DNA of 64,000 nt, taken from positions 1,116,001 to 1,180,000 of the forward strand of contig JAYWIR010000006.1 in NCBI GenBank assembly GCA_036172245.1, read 5' to 3'. This document shows positions 47,758-62,095 of the stretch, in pieces. The stretch comes from Raillietiella orientalis. Taxonomy: Eukaryota. The position numbers and the translations under genes are program-made. Numbering within the stretch: the first letter of the stretch is position 1; each line of letters starts with the position of its first letter. The notes under the pieces were generated by a model. It was not told the origin of the DNA and searched no databases. It saw nothing but the letters and a program-made list of their open reading frames with translations.

Positions 47758-50700
47758 AAAGGAAAAAAGGAAAAATTCCAAGAATAAAATGGTAGAAGAA
47801 TTCTGGTCTCCCAGAATGGAAAGGTGTCATTCGTGCTGCCTGCTAACGACTGAGGTTTCTGAATCACGTGAGCCTTGATGCATTCCAATTATCTTTGCCC
47901 GAGTAGGGATTCCGCTCAGCCTGTATTCACAGTTTCGACTCTTACCAGTTGCAGGCAGTCGTTGTTCGTTTTGTACGTGAGCATCGTAATGTATGTACAC
48001 GCACGAGCACTCTTGCGAATTGGTCGCAGCAGAGGCAGAGAGAGTTCGCGTGTGGACGCTGCCGGAAGGATCCATGTCGCACGAGCGCAGCATCGCGAAA
48101 TAAAAAAATTCGTTCACTGTTCGGTGAAAAATACAGAAAGCCAATAATTTCATAAATAAATCAGAAACGACGGGAACGCACCGAGCTCTAGTACAGTAAT
48201 CACCTTAATGGATTTCAAGGGGAGAAACGGCACAGTTCACAGTCCCGAGGCATAGTTTGTTATCTGGATCGATCCTGCATTTCTTCTTTTGCAATTAGTT
48301 TTAAATAAGGTCGGAAAGAATTGCTACCGCATCAAGGGATGAAGCCTCATGCTGCATAAGCACATATATATTTCTGCAAAGAGCATAATACTTTGAAAAA
48401 TGACCTTGTTGATGGTAGCTCGAACGTATACTTAGCCGATACAGTGTGGACCAATAGGAATCGGGCAACAGGAACATGGACTTTCGAACATTCCTAGATT
48501 TTTGCATCCGGATTTTATCGCAAACTTTTGCTTACTTTGGGAGGGAAGGAAGGTATTCGATTTTTTCCACTTGCATTTTGCTTCGTGGAAGCGAACAGCC
48601 CACTCGATTTTACAGGAGCAGGAAAGAGGCTCTTGCGCTTGGGTTGAACGTCTCGTTTTTCTTTCTTTCTTTTTTCTTTCTTTCCTTTTTTTGCAGGGGG
48701 AGGCTGTTCGGAAATAAATCATGAGCGATCCACCCATGATTTATTTGCTATTAGTACAAAATCAACTTTTAATTACGTTCCAACCCTTTCAAATGCTTCG
48801 TGGGCACGCTGCTCCCAAGAACGTGGTGCTCTCAAGGGGGAAAAATTCGATATCCTTTCCGCGTTTTCACATATATTATTCTCTTTCACCATGCATCAAA
48901 CTTGGGGTGCATGAATATGCTGCAAAACGACCGAAAATCACCGAAACCCGTCGCCCGAAGGAGAAATTCCTTCGTGCCGCTTACTATAAAACGATAGGGC
49001 TAGCAAGTGAGGTGTTACCGAAGAAGCTTCCACGAGTTCCCAAATGCGCCCGAATGTCATTTTGCATCTGCGCCCGGCTCACCGGGACCTGACTTTCCTC
49101 CAGCTTTGCTTGCTGATGCCGCCATCTCCGACATTCAACACATCTAGCTGATGCCAGGCTTGGCTTTAGCTCCGTGCACGGAGACCCTGCAGGTGTGGAA
49201 TATCTTTTCCGATCGAACCATGATTTCATTTGTGATCCAGAAACGAAATCCAAAAAGCGGGAGAGGAAGGGAGAGGGGAGGACAAGCAGTCTGTCGTCAG
49301 AATCCTCGCATTCTAGGAACCGGGCTGAGATTTGCGTCTTCGAAAGGAAAATGACTTTGGGAAGAAGGCTTTCAATACCATTTCTATCAGTGTCCTCTTA
49401 TCCTGAGCTGCAAGGGTTCCGTGAGATAAAAGTTCAAAAAAAAAGTGCGATCCTGGAATAGATAACGATGTTTCCGCCTTTTTTTTTCCTTTGCCGTGCT
49501 CGTTCGGCACGGGAGATTTTTTCCCCTCCCCTCTCGGGTTTAGCTGAAGGCAATGTAAAAAAAAAAAAAAAAGAAAAATCCGACTGCAGGTTTAAGAAAA
49601 ACAAATCGGAAGTTTTTGCATTTGTCGTAGCCGTTTTCAATTCACTTTTGCAACTTTGGCACTCCTTTAATTTACCCCTCACCATCCTCTGGAATTACAG
49701 CAGTTGTTTCAAAATGGCCTCCCCCGACCCGGGAATGGAGCCTACGCGAGCGCGCGGTGACTGTCGGCAAGGAAACACCTGCTGTGGGAGGAAGAGTTTA
49801 AGGAAGGGGGTGGTGTGTGATTCCCGACGCAAGGCAACTGACCTGCTGGTGACGCACGCGACCTCCTCAGTTGTCAAAGAGGCACCAAGGAAGAGGAAAA
49901 GTTTCCCCTTCCCTCCTCCCCCAAAAAAAAGGAAAAAGAAACGGCTGCTGGAGTTCTGGAGGAGACAGAATCCGTTGCTCGCATCGAATTTTACAGGGAA
50001 CAGCCCAGGCGAGTGTTCTTCATTTCTGAAGAATCGTTTGTCATGACCGAATTGAGCAAATAACTGAAATCTTATTTAATTCACTCAGCGTGAGCTTCTC
50101 AGGTCCGTTATTAAAACGGATTAGGAATTCCCATCATGCATCCGAAGAGACGAAGTGTAAGGCAAAGCTTGTAATCGCAATGGTAGGTTTGCAAGAGGCA
50201 AATTACGGGTAGGGAAAAATTCCTGAGAAAGGCATGATAGTGAAGAGATGCCTGTTTTCTAATTGTGAGGAGCAAACTCATTAAAGCAGTCGCTACTAAT
50301 GAAAGTTGTGCACCACCTCATTATCTTGTGGAGAACGTTGGCAGATGAGATTAAAAGACTTCAGCTATCTTTTAGAAAATAGAAAACGGCAGCAGCGCGA
50401 AGCCACATAAATCGGTTTGAATAAACAGGGATACGACTTCACTTTTTTTTTCTTTTTTTTTTTTTTTTTTTTTTAGGAACTCACGCACATCCACAGAAGA
50501 GGACAGGTGGAAGAAATGAAAGGGGTCGTGTGTGGTTCTTTTACTTGACTGAGGAAAGCGACTGAGCCAACCACCATTTTCGGCAAACACGATCACAAGC
50601 GCGATCTTGTGCATTCACGAAACCCCAGTCGATCAGCGCGGTGCTTACATCCGTGTTATCACAAAGATCAGCTCGAAGGAACGCCTTCATCGGAACTTCA

Positions 50701-53526
50701 TGCTCGCATTTTCGCTCGATTTCGCATCCCTCCATAGTGTGAGATCTTCCTCACATGCCGACTGCGGAACTCTCCCCCCATGGACGTCGTCGCCTTCGGC
50801 TCTCGGACAAACACTGGGGAGACGAGATCTGGATCCGTTGCGTTTTTCGAGAAAACCCAGATGAGTTCTCCCGAGCTTCTTGTGATGCTCCGAGACTATT
50901 GGATGTAGTGGGCTCTGCCCGGCGCGAGCGAGGAACACGGCGAACTCCACATCTGGAAGCTCCCACGAAACTCTTCCGTCCGCGGAAACGCAAGGTGCAA
51001 ACCGGGAGACACGATTTTTCTCCCCATCCTGGAACGCGGTAGATCCCGGGGATTCGGAGAGATCTGGAGGAGAGGAGATCAGAGGAGCGAGCGAACCTCA
51101 CGCTCCCGATGGTCTTCGGGATAGCCGCCCTTCGGATGTGGGACGAAGCCGGAAGAAGTTCTGCCGAGACCCCAGGTTACCTCCTTCTGGAGAAGTCATC
51201 GGGAGCAGTGGACCTTTCCGAGAGGACATCAGTCCTCGGCACCACGAAATGGACACTGAGCACTCAGTCGCCGGGGAAGGCCGCCAGTCGAGAGCGTCCT
51301 CGGAACGGGGTTTTGAAACATGGACTCGTCCAGTGCCGGATTTTCGATATATTGGGGGGTGTACCCTGCCGAACAGTCACCGACCAATTTGTATCGTCGA
51401 CTCGGCGGGATGGTGCTCCCCGTCACCTCGCTTCCAGATCCCCCCAAGTGTCTTCCCAATGTGTTCACACACTTTCCGATTCCATTCGCGGGCTCTCCTG
51501 CTCAACTTGAAAATCGAATCGGCTCCTCCTCGGCTCCTCCCTTGACGTCTTTTCCGCGTGCATTTCCTGTCGTCCTGCACTCCAGCCTCATGGATTCTTG
51601 TCTGTAGTTCCTGATTCCATGCAGTGATCCCGGTCTCTTTTCTCCCTGCGGTTGTTGATGCTTCGTGGCTTTAGATAGCCTCTTGACTCGGGACCCCCCT
51701 TTCCTTCGGGAATCCGTGGTGGTCATCGAGAGGATTGATTGGTGACTTGGTGACAGCTTATGTGTGGACTGCCGTGCTTGGGTTTTGCTGGCGCTGCTTT
51801 CTTGGCGTGGAATTCGGGCGCGAGGAAGGGGGGGGGGGGGGGGGGGTAACTATAGGGAAGCAACCCGTTGCCATGTTCCCCCATGCGTTCAGGCCCCCAA
51901 AGACAAATAAGCATTTACACGAATTTCGTTGGAAACTCAATGCGCAGTCTCTTTCCCGGAAACCCGAGGCAGTGCGCACGTTGAGAGTTTGACCGCGGCC
52001 AGCTTCTTCCGTCTCGTGTTCCTTTTCCGTGCGCTGCTGATTGTGGTGCATCGCTGCACTCCATATTCCGCACTTGCAGATCGAGTTTTGGTTTTGGTGT
52101 TTGACGCTTGTATGTGCTCAGGCTGCCACCTTTTGCCCGACACTGTCGTCGGTCGTAACCTTGCTTCTGTTCTCATCCCCACGTGGGTTTCCCTGGCTTG
52201 CATGCTGGGCTCCAAAGGATTCTCCCTTAATTCACCGTTTTTCATTCATCTTTGTTACCGCCATCTCAGTATGTCTTTGATGCCCAGACAATGCGTCTCC
52301 GTGGCTTTTGTTCATCAATAATGATTCGACCCCGCCGTGCGATGAATAATCTCCATCTTAATGGGAGAATGTTGCAATCGTGGACTTTTCCTTCCCAGTC
52401 TGTAAACTCCCAATGCGGTCGATCGATCTGTCGATCGCTTGGAGATTTCTCCTTGCTTGTTTCCTTCCTTGTAGATCACCGCTGACGTCCGTATCCATTT
52501 CTTTTTTGCGTGTGGTGACGCGTGCATGTGTTAGAAGATGGAACACGAGCTCAGTTCGAATCTCCTGTTGCAAAGAAACCGTTCGATATGCTTTTCGGCT
52601 CGCAAGGTCTGAAGCGTGTGGTTCTCACGGATTGCACCAAGCACCGGCGATTACGCGTTCGTAAAAGAAAAAAAGTGCCATCGTCTGAAGCTCCACACTG
52701 GTCGGCAGGGCCAGTTAACCCTCTCTCCGACGGAAAGAACTTCGAGTAGAGAAAGAAGAAGGGAATGATGCAGTCAAGGCTTATCTCTCATTCTGACAGA
52801 CATTCATTCAAACAGATGCTTACAAGTCAAGGTAGCTGCTGTCCTGCCGTTTTTGCCTTCGTCGTGTTTTGTATACATGGTGGTAACCGGCCCAATCAAT
52901 GAAGACAGTAAACGTTAATTAAAGGTCTCGCAACAAAATCTCTTTGGGAAAACGCATTCGCGAGGACGTGAGGGTCTTCTTAATCTAAACGAAATACGCA
53001 ATCTAAATGAAAACGAGTATCTCCAGCGAAAAAAACAGCAGCAGCAGCAGCAACAGCAAAAACATCCTGTGATGCGACAAATTTAGTCGCTTCGAAAATA
53101 TGGAGAGCGAATGGTGTTTTCGTGTTCCTCGCTCGCCGCAGTGGAAAAGTTCGGAACCGTGCAGGGTTGCCGGTGTCTCCTTCTATAAATCGAGAGTAGA
53201 TGGGTGTGTTTTTCCTTTTGGATTTTTCGGTATCATGTCACATACCACATGTGAGAGGCTGTCGCCTTCCTGTGAGCAAAGTGTACAATACAGTAGCCCG
53301 TCGAAATTGTTTCCCCCCATCGTTCATGACCCTCTAAGCTTTATGTATCATTTCGATTTGTTTCATAACGGCTTGTTTCCTTTGCATCTTCCAGGTTTAA
53401 AGGAATTTATGTGGCAAATGTCGGTTCTCAGAATCGCATTGAAAAGACAATGATCCACAATTTTTCTGGTATGAGTATTTGTTTTAATGCCTTGTATATG
53501 AGATACTGTGTGGATGACAGGATATA

Positions 53527-53629
53527 ATGACATCCTCTGACTCTATCAAAAGCGCAGTGAATTATTTTGTCAGCACCAAAGATGACGGAAACGAAGTAAT
53601 GGATTGCTGTACGGAAAAAAACCATAATG
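53527..53629 (+). CDS. candidate alternative first or internal kazrin coding exon
   Basis: ATG at 53527 opens MTSSDSIKSAVNYFVSTKDDGNEVMDCCTEKNHN, followed by a strong phase-1 donor G|gtatgt compatible with exon 55097. No homology recognised. Confidence 0.3.
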
Positions 53630-55096
53630 GTATGTATTTTATAGACATCAAAGAATCGGTGGAGTTCGATTTTCCAGTCGTTAAGAAAACGGTAAAAGAG
53701 TGAAGAGAAAATCGTTCTGGCGTTTCAGAATTGTGGCTGAAATTTCGAAATACTGTGATTTTTTTTCTTTCCTTGGCTAACATTGAAAACACGAGGTAGG
53801 TCATGCATTTTATATCCTAATTCGGAGCGCGGGCCGAAAGAAGTCAGTAGGGACTCAAAATGATTGAGATAAGAAAAAACCATTGATTCTCAAATGGTTG
53901 TTTATGGTAGGTGTGGCAAATGCGCCACTGCTGCAATATGACTGGTGTTCGATTACCGATATTTTCGCTTCTGCTTTTTCGCATCTGCGATCTAAAAGAG
54001 GATTTTGAGGAACGCTCCATGATGGTTGCTTTCTCCGTAGTTTCCTTCCTACGTTAGTTAGCTTTGCCTTCTGTACGAGCAGTGAGTGGTGCAGACTGCT
54101 CGTGCCCAACGCGTCTGTAGGGATGTGCGTGCAAAGGATCCTTCCATCATTTCTCTGTTGCATGGAAACCTTCCAGGATGCGAACGGATTTTGGTAAGCA
54201 CGCTGGCAGTGCAGCCAACTCCAGAGCGATGGTGGCCACGTTTACATCAACAAGTGCTCGGCTCATTATCGGAACCGGAGTTTTGGGCGTGCTGAAATTC
54301 ATTAAGCTGTTCGGAGGTTCCCGCTTTGCGGTTAACAGAGTCGTATTGTGACAGATTAGAGGCTTTATTCGGTTCCCAGAGGCGCAGGCACCCACATCAC
54401 TGACAGGAGCAGCTGTCGAAGGTTTTCGGTGCTTTCGTTCCACAGCTGTAGCGCCAGGCGTTGCAAAACGAGTGCCTGTAGAGAAGGAACCAGAGGTGCA
54501 CCCTCCCTGTCTTGTGTACCTTGTTTTGTCGGGAGGAAAAGGTTTGCTGAGAATTGAATTCTACAGCTTTTTCGTTTGCAAGCTTTGCAAACCATTCAAG
54601 AAGGGGGGAGCGTGTTCCTGCAAAGCAAGTCATCATCAGTCTGCGCAGCTTGTCGATCCTTAGTGGAAACAGTGTGGTCCACGGTAGGGAACACTCGGAA
54701 GCTGAATATTTTGGACGTGCTTCCTGGTGTTTACTTCACTGTGAGCCTCCTTCCATTGGATTAACGATTCGGAACCACTTTTACTACACTTCCAGGACAA
54801 TTACCGTTCCTCCAGAACATTCCGAGCTCGCCTGTTTCAAAACAAATAAAGTACAATAGAGAATGAAGTATTGTCAAAATTTTTAGTGCACTTTTTAATC
54901 TGGTAATTCTGAAACCGCAATTTGTGTTCCGGTGTTTGGAGAAATTGTGTATTGTTTTGTTGCTTTGTAGTTTACTTTATGGTATATGTAATTCGTGCAT
55001 TTGTTGCGCTTGTTGGAATTATTGTTTTGCATCTTTGTTATCTTTTATGACCCCTGCGTTCATCCTCGTTTCATGAGTGCACCTTGTTTATTCTAG

Positions 55097-55288
55097 AAAC
55101 CGAGATGCAGTCGGATGAAAACAAAACACCGACGACAGTGAGGCAGGAAAATTTGATTTGCCTGCTCAACTCTGTAGACCTAAACAACTCCTCGCAAGCG
55201 AAGAAGAAGCAGTCCGAAGAGAAACCTGCGATATCGGAAGTGCAGAACCTGAAAATCCAGCTGCAGTATTACAAGCAAGCGCTCGCAA
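55097..55288 (+). CDS. kazn: kazrin/Liprin-gamma exon
   Basis: tttattctag| acceptor and A|gtaatg donor. Ends EVQNLKIQLQYYKQALA and joins in frame to TLKVDRKRLK (compare kazrin KEALQAMKADRKRLK). Confidence 0.8.
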
Positions 55289-58200
55289 GTAATGTATTGG
55301 AATACATTGGACATGTCCGGAGTGAAAGAAGTTTTCGCGTAGCTAACCAGAATTTGTGTCAACCTCTTTGGCTTTCGGCACAGATCCTTTTTCATGCATT
55401 CATGCAAAACATCACTTTTGATTACGGAGAGGAGGGGGGGGGGGAAGAAAGAAAGAAGAAAAAAAAATCCTCCGCTTATGAGATCCTAAAAGTGACCGAA
55501 TCGGTTGCAAGAAATACCCCTTGAACACGAGAGCATTTATTTGTGTTATATTACAAGTGGCATGAGTGTCCGATTCCCCCGTGCTATTGGTCCATCACGA
55601 AACGTACGCTGCGCGGAGCTCCAAAAGAATTTTTTTTTTTTTTTTTTTTCCCGCGAGCTGCGAGCTCCGCGCACCGGGGAAATGCGCACGCACGCTGCCT
55701 TTCGGTTTATCTTTGAGAGGAGCCAGCATCAGTTAGGCATGTAACTCTCGGAACTCCGTGGAATCTTGCATCCCTGACTTGTTTATTTTATTGATCGGTT
55801 CTCCGGTGGTTCCCCCTGATGAAATTTCTTCTCTTCGTCTGTAAAGAATCACTGTCTAGAAAAGAGTTGGAACCTCATTAAGGAGCGCGAAGTAGAACGA
55901 AATCCAGGGCATCGGAGGAGAGAAATTCAAATTTCCTCCACCGAGCTTCAGAAGACGAATCGACTAGCGGAATATCCTTTCACAAAGAGAGCGCTGGGAA
56001 AATTCGCCTCCTTTTGGGCTTGGGAACAGCAGTGTTACCCTGGAAAAACGCTCATCCACGTCAAGAACCATTGCAAAATATTCCAGGTGGAATCACATTT
56101 CGAGCCAAGGCATCGAGTGTGATCATTTTGATGATCACACTCGATGCCTTGACTCGAGGTGAGCAAAAATGGCGCTCAAATTTTACAGTTCACCTTCGAG
56201 AAGCAAGGCGATTTTGCCGAGATTTAAACAATAAATCAGTGGCGAAGATTAAATAAGAAGGTTCTCGAAACGTTTGACAGGTAGGGGTTTCGTGATACCA
56301 TCAGTGATAGGTCCCGGCAGTCACAATAGAATGGGAAGGCTGCTGTGCGACGGTCTGGTGGACCCCCAGGAGATCGCTTTGAGCATTGCCAGCTTTCGAA
56401 ATGCCGAATGCTTTACGAAAAATACAGAACGGGGGAGAGTTTTCTTCGGCAGTTGTGCCACAAGACTCGTATGCTCGGGTCACGCTATTCAGAGATCCTC
56501 AAGCTTCCGAAGAGGTACAGATGTACGCAGCTCATTTATCTGTACGATGGAGCAAAAGTTTACAGTACTTTAAAAAAAGAAAAAAAGAAAAAAGAAGGAA
56601 TGCCGAGGTCTAACCCTGTTGATTAAGAAGGAATTTTGCAAAACAAATTCAGGAACATCAACCAGTCAATTTGACAGACTCTCTCCTCGTCAGGATTGGA
56701 AGCCGATGGATAGCCGATTGTAACGAATCCATTACCCAACCTCGTTTCCACGGTAAATAACGATGCCAGGAAGAATTCTGTAAACAGTTTATGAATCTCC
56801 GCGATGCACCTTTATCGACGTATACAGATACTCGAAGGTGGAATTCTGAAGCCATTTCTCTTTCGTGAACACACGACCTATTCTTCACGAGGAAAGAGTC
56901 TGGAATGGAGAATTGGAACACACGTACGAAACACCTCAGGGGTTCTGAAAGTGTTCCCAAATACTTGCATCTGGAACGAATAGAAGCCACTGCATTTGCA
57001 TCCACCATGCTCAGAAAAGCTCCGTTGGCCTGGCATTTCAGTGTCCCCTCTGCTGTTGAAGAGCATGGTAACTACGCGAAAGAAACTAAAGGAGGGAATA
57101 TTCCTAGGGCATAGGAGAAGTTCCTCTTGACTGGAATGATTACTTAAAGCCAGCGTTCATAGTAGAACATTCTAAAAAAGAAAAAAAGAGGAATGGTTGT
57201 CGACCAAGCCCAACTACATGATCGGAAAATCGGGCGACCCATCATCATGCTGTGAAACGGACATCGTCATACCGCACGTGGCACATGTCACATAACATTT
57301 GTAAACGCAGGCCGCACTCCGGATTTTTAAAGCTTTACTGGGAAATCGAAAACCCAATTCCCCCCCAGTTTGTGGAAGATGGAAGTGCATTCGTCTCTGT
57401 ATTTCGACGGAAGTGCGTTCGAAGATTGGAAAGTTTTTCCAGCTTTGCCCTAGCAATCATCGCGCCTCGGTGCACTTCGTGAGCACTCGTGACACTGCTC
57501 TTATGCTAAGCTTTTTTGTTTGTTTCCTTTTCCCAGTAGGATTCCCTCTTCACATTCGGAACAGTCACCGGAATCCGTGTTCAGGTGACTGTCGCATTCC
57601 CTCGGCCTCTCAACGAACACCAACCCGAGTGCCTTCCCATCCTACAAAAATGCAAGCGCTCAAAGGGACGGAGCCATTCCTCGCTCGGCCTCGCAGAGTG
57701 AATTTGCATACCAGTCGTGAAGCTTATACCAAATGTTAATGAATGGCTGAAGCCTCTGAAATTGGAAACACGCAAGAAAGCAGGGGAGCGTTCGTCGCTT
57801 CTCTCGGAAAAGCGGGAAACTCGCACTCAATTATTCACTTGGATCCGTGTGCCAATATCGCTCACCGGTGGGTAAAAAATACGACCCAATGTTCCACATA
57901 TTCTGCAAGACGTTATGGGAATTACTCTCGTTTGAAAGGTGCGTTGTCCGGCGCCAGACCGCGCGCGTTCCGGAACTGTTCGTGGCCAACTCCGTTCTGG
58001 CAGCACTGCGGCGGAGCCGTGGAATGCGCCTGGAAGCATGTGTTGGAAACGAAAGATTCAGTTCCGGAAAAATAATCCAGCTCAAAGTGTACACGTGAAA
58101 TCATTGCGTGTTCTCTCATTTCGGTAATGGCTCGTTGTCATGAAAGCATGCACAAAAAAACAATCCCCCCCCCCCATCCAAAAAAACGGTACCAAATTTC

Positions 58201-59161
58201 TAATCATCTGTTATAGGTCTCCTCGAATTTCAGATCTTCTGGTGAAAAATCGAAGTCTAATAATAAGCGATTATAAAGCGATTCGAGAAATAGAATTTGA
58301 GGCGATCACGATCACACATCCGCCCTAAACCTTCAAGTGCTAAAGACGAATAATATGGAGACGAAATAAATGAAGCAGGAAGGTCTAGTTGTTGGATTCT
58401 TTTCTAGGCGTTCTTGTAGGCTGGGGCTTTCTTCTTCTTCTTCCTGTCTGATTGTGAAGAAAGAAAGATACGGATGCAAATTAGAAAACTCTTTCATGGT
58501 GCATGTTTGACAGCTGACCACCAACCAACGGACTGCGTCCGAGAACAGACAGCTTTTGCTTTCAGGTGTTTGATACAAGAGATACAAGTCATGCTCGTGA
58601 ACCCGGACGCAGGCCATACAATCGTTTTTTTTTCTCTTGTGATTTCAAAATCACAAAAGAAAGAAGAGTGCCATCACGAAGAAGTGTAAGGAAAAACATA
58701 ATGTGCTACGCTAACGAATAAAAGGCAAAAATTACGGGAAAGTCATTCATTCCTGGGTTTTATAGATCCGAATACCAACTCTCGAGCGAAAGTTTAGGCG
58801 TGTAGGATCTTCTTGTGGCCACGTTCAGATGATTTATTCGGGGAAGCCGACCTGCCGTACAGTCCGTAACGGACGATACGTCCGCATCTTCCGTGAACCC
58901 TTGGGGGTACACCGCAGCCGGGAGGACGTCGCACACAATCCTGGCGGTGGTTGTCGCGCTTCTCCGAAATCGCAGAGCGGATGGGGAAGGTGTTTGGACG
59001 TGGTTGTCAGTTTCACTAAGCGTGCTTGAACTGAGAGTGGTCAAGGGGGCCTCTCGCTAATCATTTAAGGGATGCGAGATGTCAGATTCAATGAACTTTA
59101 AACGGTCAAAAGACCCGTAGGAAAAGACGTACTGTACAAATTTCCTTTCAATTTATTGCAG

Positions 59162-59289
59162 CCCTGAAAGTAGACAGGAAAAGATTGAAAGCAGAGAAGT
59201 ACGACTGTCTCAACCAAATGAAGCAGCTTTTCATCAGCTTGGATGAAAAGGAGCGCCAGCTTCGAGAGTTCATCAGAAATTACGAGATG
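59162..59289 (+). CDS. kazn: kazrin exon, coiled coil
   Basis: attgcag| acceptor and ATG|gtgagt donor. Encodes LKVDRKRLKAEKYDCLNQMKQLFISLDEKERQLREFIRNYEM, the kazrin signature (QLRDFIRNYE). Missing from the ORF track. Confidence 0.93.
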
Positions 59290-60399
59290 GTGAGTCCACC
59301 ACCTTGTGCTTCAAGAATGTGACTGTTTTAAGGAGTGTCGTCCCGCTGTAAAGTTTCCCCGCGGACGCGAAAGAGTTTCCGTGTTCCCCCGGCTGCGTTC
59401 CGGAAGATTTTCGCTCGCCGGAGGAGCCGTTGGCTTTCCACGAAAGTTACACGCGTCGGGTCGAAGGCGGAACACCTCGAAGCCAAACACTCGATCTCCC
59501 CGGCCGAAGCTGGCGGAGCTCGGGATAGAATGAGGAGCAGGAGGAACGGAAAGTGTGGTTGTTCCGTGTTGCCACAGAGTCCAACCCGCACCCGTACCAA
59601 GGTGTTCTCCATGAAGGAATCCCTCAGAAAAGGAGTGGCGATTGCGAAAGACGGCGCAGTTCGATTTCTGAGGTTTCCCGCGGGGATGGATCCGGAATCC
59701 CGGTGGTCATCGGGCAAGAAAATGTACTAGGAAAAAAAAATTGGCGAATTAAATTAAGGACCGGTAAACAATCATAAACGGACTGGGAAAACAATTATAA
59801 AGATTTTATGGTATTCAATACCGAAGTGTCAGGTATGCAAGTCATTCGATTGAATGCAGCGAAAAGGACAGCGACGTACATTAAGTCGTCTAAACATATG
59901 TAACTAATTAGCTATCATCCATTGAAATATAATTCACACAGCATTTATAATTCGAGTTTAAGAAAGAGACATTCGGATGTGCTTTGATTTATGACTAGTG
60001 AAAATGTGCATAGAATGCTACTAAATATGCAGAATACACGCTTCGGCTGTACGTACACTAAATTTGCCAAATTGTGATTTTTTTTTGGCTTTATACGGAC
60101 TTGTTGCTTCACAGCGAAATGCTCTCAGCGAAGAGAGATCCATCAAAGTAGGGAATTTATTTCCTTTCATAAACAACTCGAGCGCCGAGCTTCTTAGCAG
60201 CTGTGGTCGTCGTCAATTCAGTGGCGTCTTCCTGGAGACGGCGGAATTTTTCGATAATCCCAACTTTGCAGAAGTTTTTGCAGAAAACGTGATCGGATTT
60301 TAGGGAAAATGCGGAGCAGGGCAAAACCGTTTTGTCTTTTTTTTTTGTTTTTTGCGACCGCCACTCAGGATGTCTGATATTTACTTACCTTTGTTTTAG

Positions 60400-60579
60400 A
60401 ACATGAGGAAGAACGAAGAATCTTTGCGTCAGGTCGTTGCCGAGCGTGATGAGGCGGAAAGGGAAAAATGGAGACTTCTGCGGCATGCAAGAGATGAAGC
60501 AGAACGTTCGTTAAATCTCAGTACTCAACTAGGTGTGAAGGAAAATCAGTTGCAGCAACTCGAGGACGAATTGATCGAG
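60400..60579 (+). CDS. kazn: kazrin exon, coiled coil
   Basis: ttgttttag| acceptor. Encodes NMRKNEESLRQVVAERDEAEREKWRLLRHARDEAERSLNLSTQLGVKENQLQQLEDELIE, ending |gt. Confidence 0.92.
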
Positions 60580-60909
60580 GTTATTACACTTGTGGGAGTG
60601 CGAATGTTTCTCTAGACAGAAAAAGAAAGAAAGAAAGAGGAAAGATGTTTGTTTTCGTGCAAATCTTCTGTATGCAAAGGAAATTCCGCGCCTTGGATTT
60701 TGTTTGAGACTTGCAGGCATTTTCTTGCGCAGAAGTTCGCATAACGAAGCTCCCAAAACTTTCCTCCTTTTTCCACCCCCCCGGTGTTTGTTGGGATGCA
60801 AGTACAAATTTTAAATTTTAAATCGAAATTTCAAAGTCATTTTCTTATTCTCATTATAGTTATCATTGCCTGTGAGACGCTTTTCATTACCGAAAGTGGA
60901 TTTTTTCAG

Positions 60910-61117
60910 ATGAAAAAGAAGTTTTCCGAATGCGGCTATTACTCGGATCAAGAGAGCGCCGTCAGCGTCAACAAGAGCAGCAATCATAACTGCAGCCTAA
61001 ACGGACTGACTAATGGAATTACATCCAGCGATAAAGATTCGGGAATCCGGGGAGGCAGCGACAGGGAGAGTTCAGGACTCGCCGGAAACATATCGGATTC
61101 TGCTGCCAGCCAAGAAG
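60910..61117 (+). CDS. kazn: kazrin exon, Ser-rich linker
   Basis: ttttcag| acceptor. Encodes MKKKFSECGYYSDQES...SDKDSGIRGGSDRESS...SQE. The 3' end rests on a weak phase-1 donor, G|gttcac. Confidence 0.75.
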
Positions 61118-61894
61118 GTTCACTCCTGCCTCCTAATTTTCGTGTTTCCACCGTGCGTGCATGCCGATCTGTCTTCTACCTCCTCGCGGTTACCTTCAGC
61201 ACCGCCGGTCCGATTCGTTAAGACGTCTGGCCGGGTGGTTTCACGTGTGCAGTCGTTGAGACAGGAATCCGGGCACGAGTAGGAATAGAGTAATACGGAA
61301 CGCGCTCGATGAACACGGAACACGACGAACACACTGTGTACTTGCGATGGGAACGGGCTCGTCCGGAAACAGCGTATGCAAGAGGAGCGCAGGACGCGAT
61401 GTCGGAAGGGGGCAGATCCTACACGACGGGAGGATGCACGCAAGCGAGCGACGCATCATCGGTGGAGAGAAGACTGGATGCTGACCCTGGAGGAAATTCG
61501 CGTTCTGTACAGCACACCTGGAAAAGTACACCTCGAGCGCCCTTCGATACCCCAAAACGAAAAGGCCGCGCCGAACGCGCGATTCCACCTTCGAGTCGAT
61601 CAATATCGATGAATCATTCGAAATTGATTTCCGTATCCCAAATTCGAAAAATCATCTCAAATTTGAATTCACATATTTCGTGCCCACATAATTTGCAAAG
61701 GCAACGGGCGATGCAAATTTCCGAGCAAGCGTTCGCGTCAAAAAAAGCATGTATATTGCCTGCGGGGGAAACGTTCTTTGATGGAGTGTTATGTAATGAT
61801 AGTGTACATAAAAATGTTTTCAAGAGTATAGCGACGAAACTTGAGTGCATGTATGGTTGCGTGTGTACTAACACTTGTTTTTCGAATGTTTTAG

Positions 61895-62095
61895 ATTTGA
61901 GCTTGAAACAGAGATTGGCAATGACACCCACGGATTTATCTGTTCTGTCCGTTTCTGCCGAACACTTATCAGCACCCAAAAACAGGCACTCTATTCCTGA
62001 ATTTAAGAAAAAGATTCACAGACATTCAGGAAGCAAATGGGGCTCGATTTCCAGAATATTCACACGCTCCAAAACTCGAAAAAGTTTAGATTGTG
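61895..62095 (+). CDS. kazn: kazrin exon
   Basis: gttttag| acceptor and G|gtaata donor. Contains KWGSISRIFTRSKTRKSLD (compare kazrin FGSISRVFARGKQRKSLD). Confidence 0.9.
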
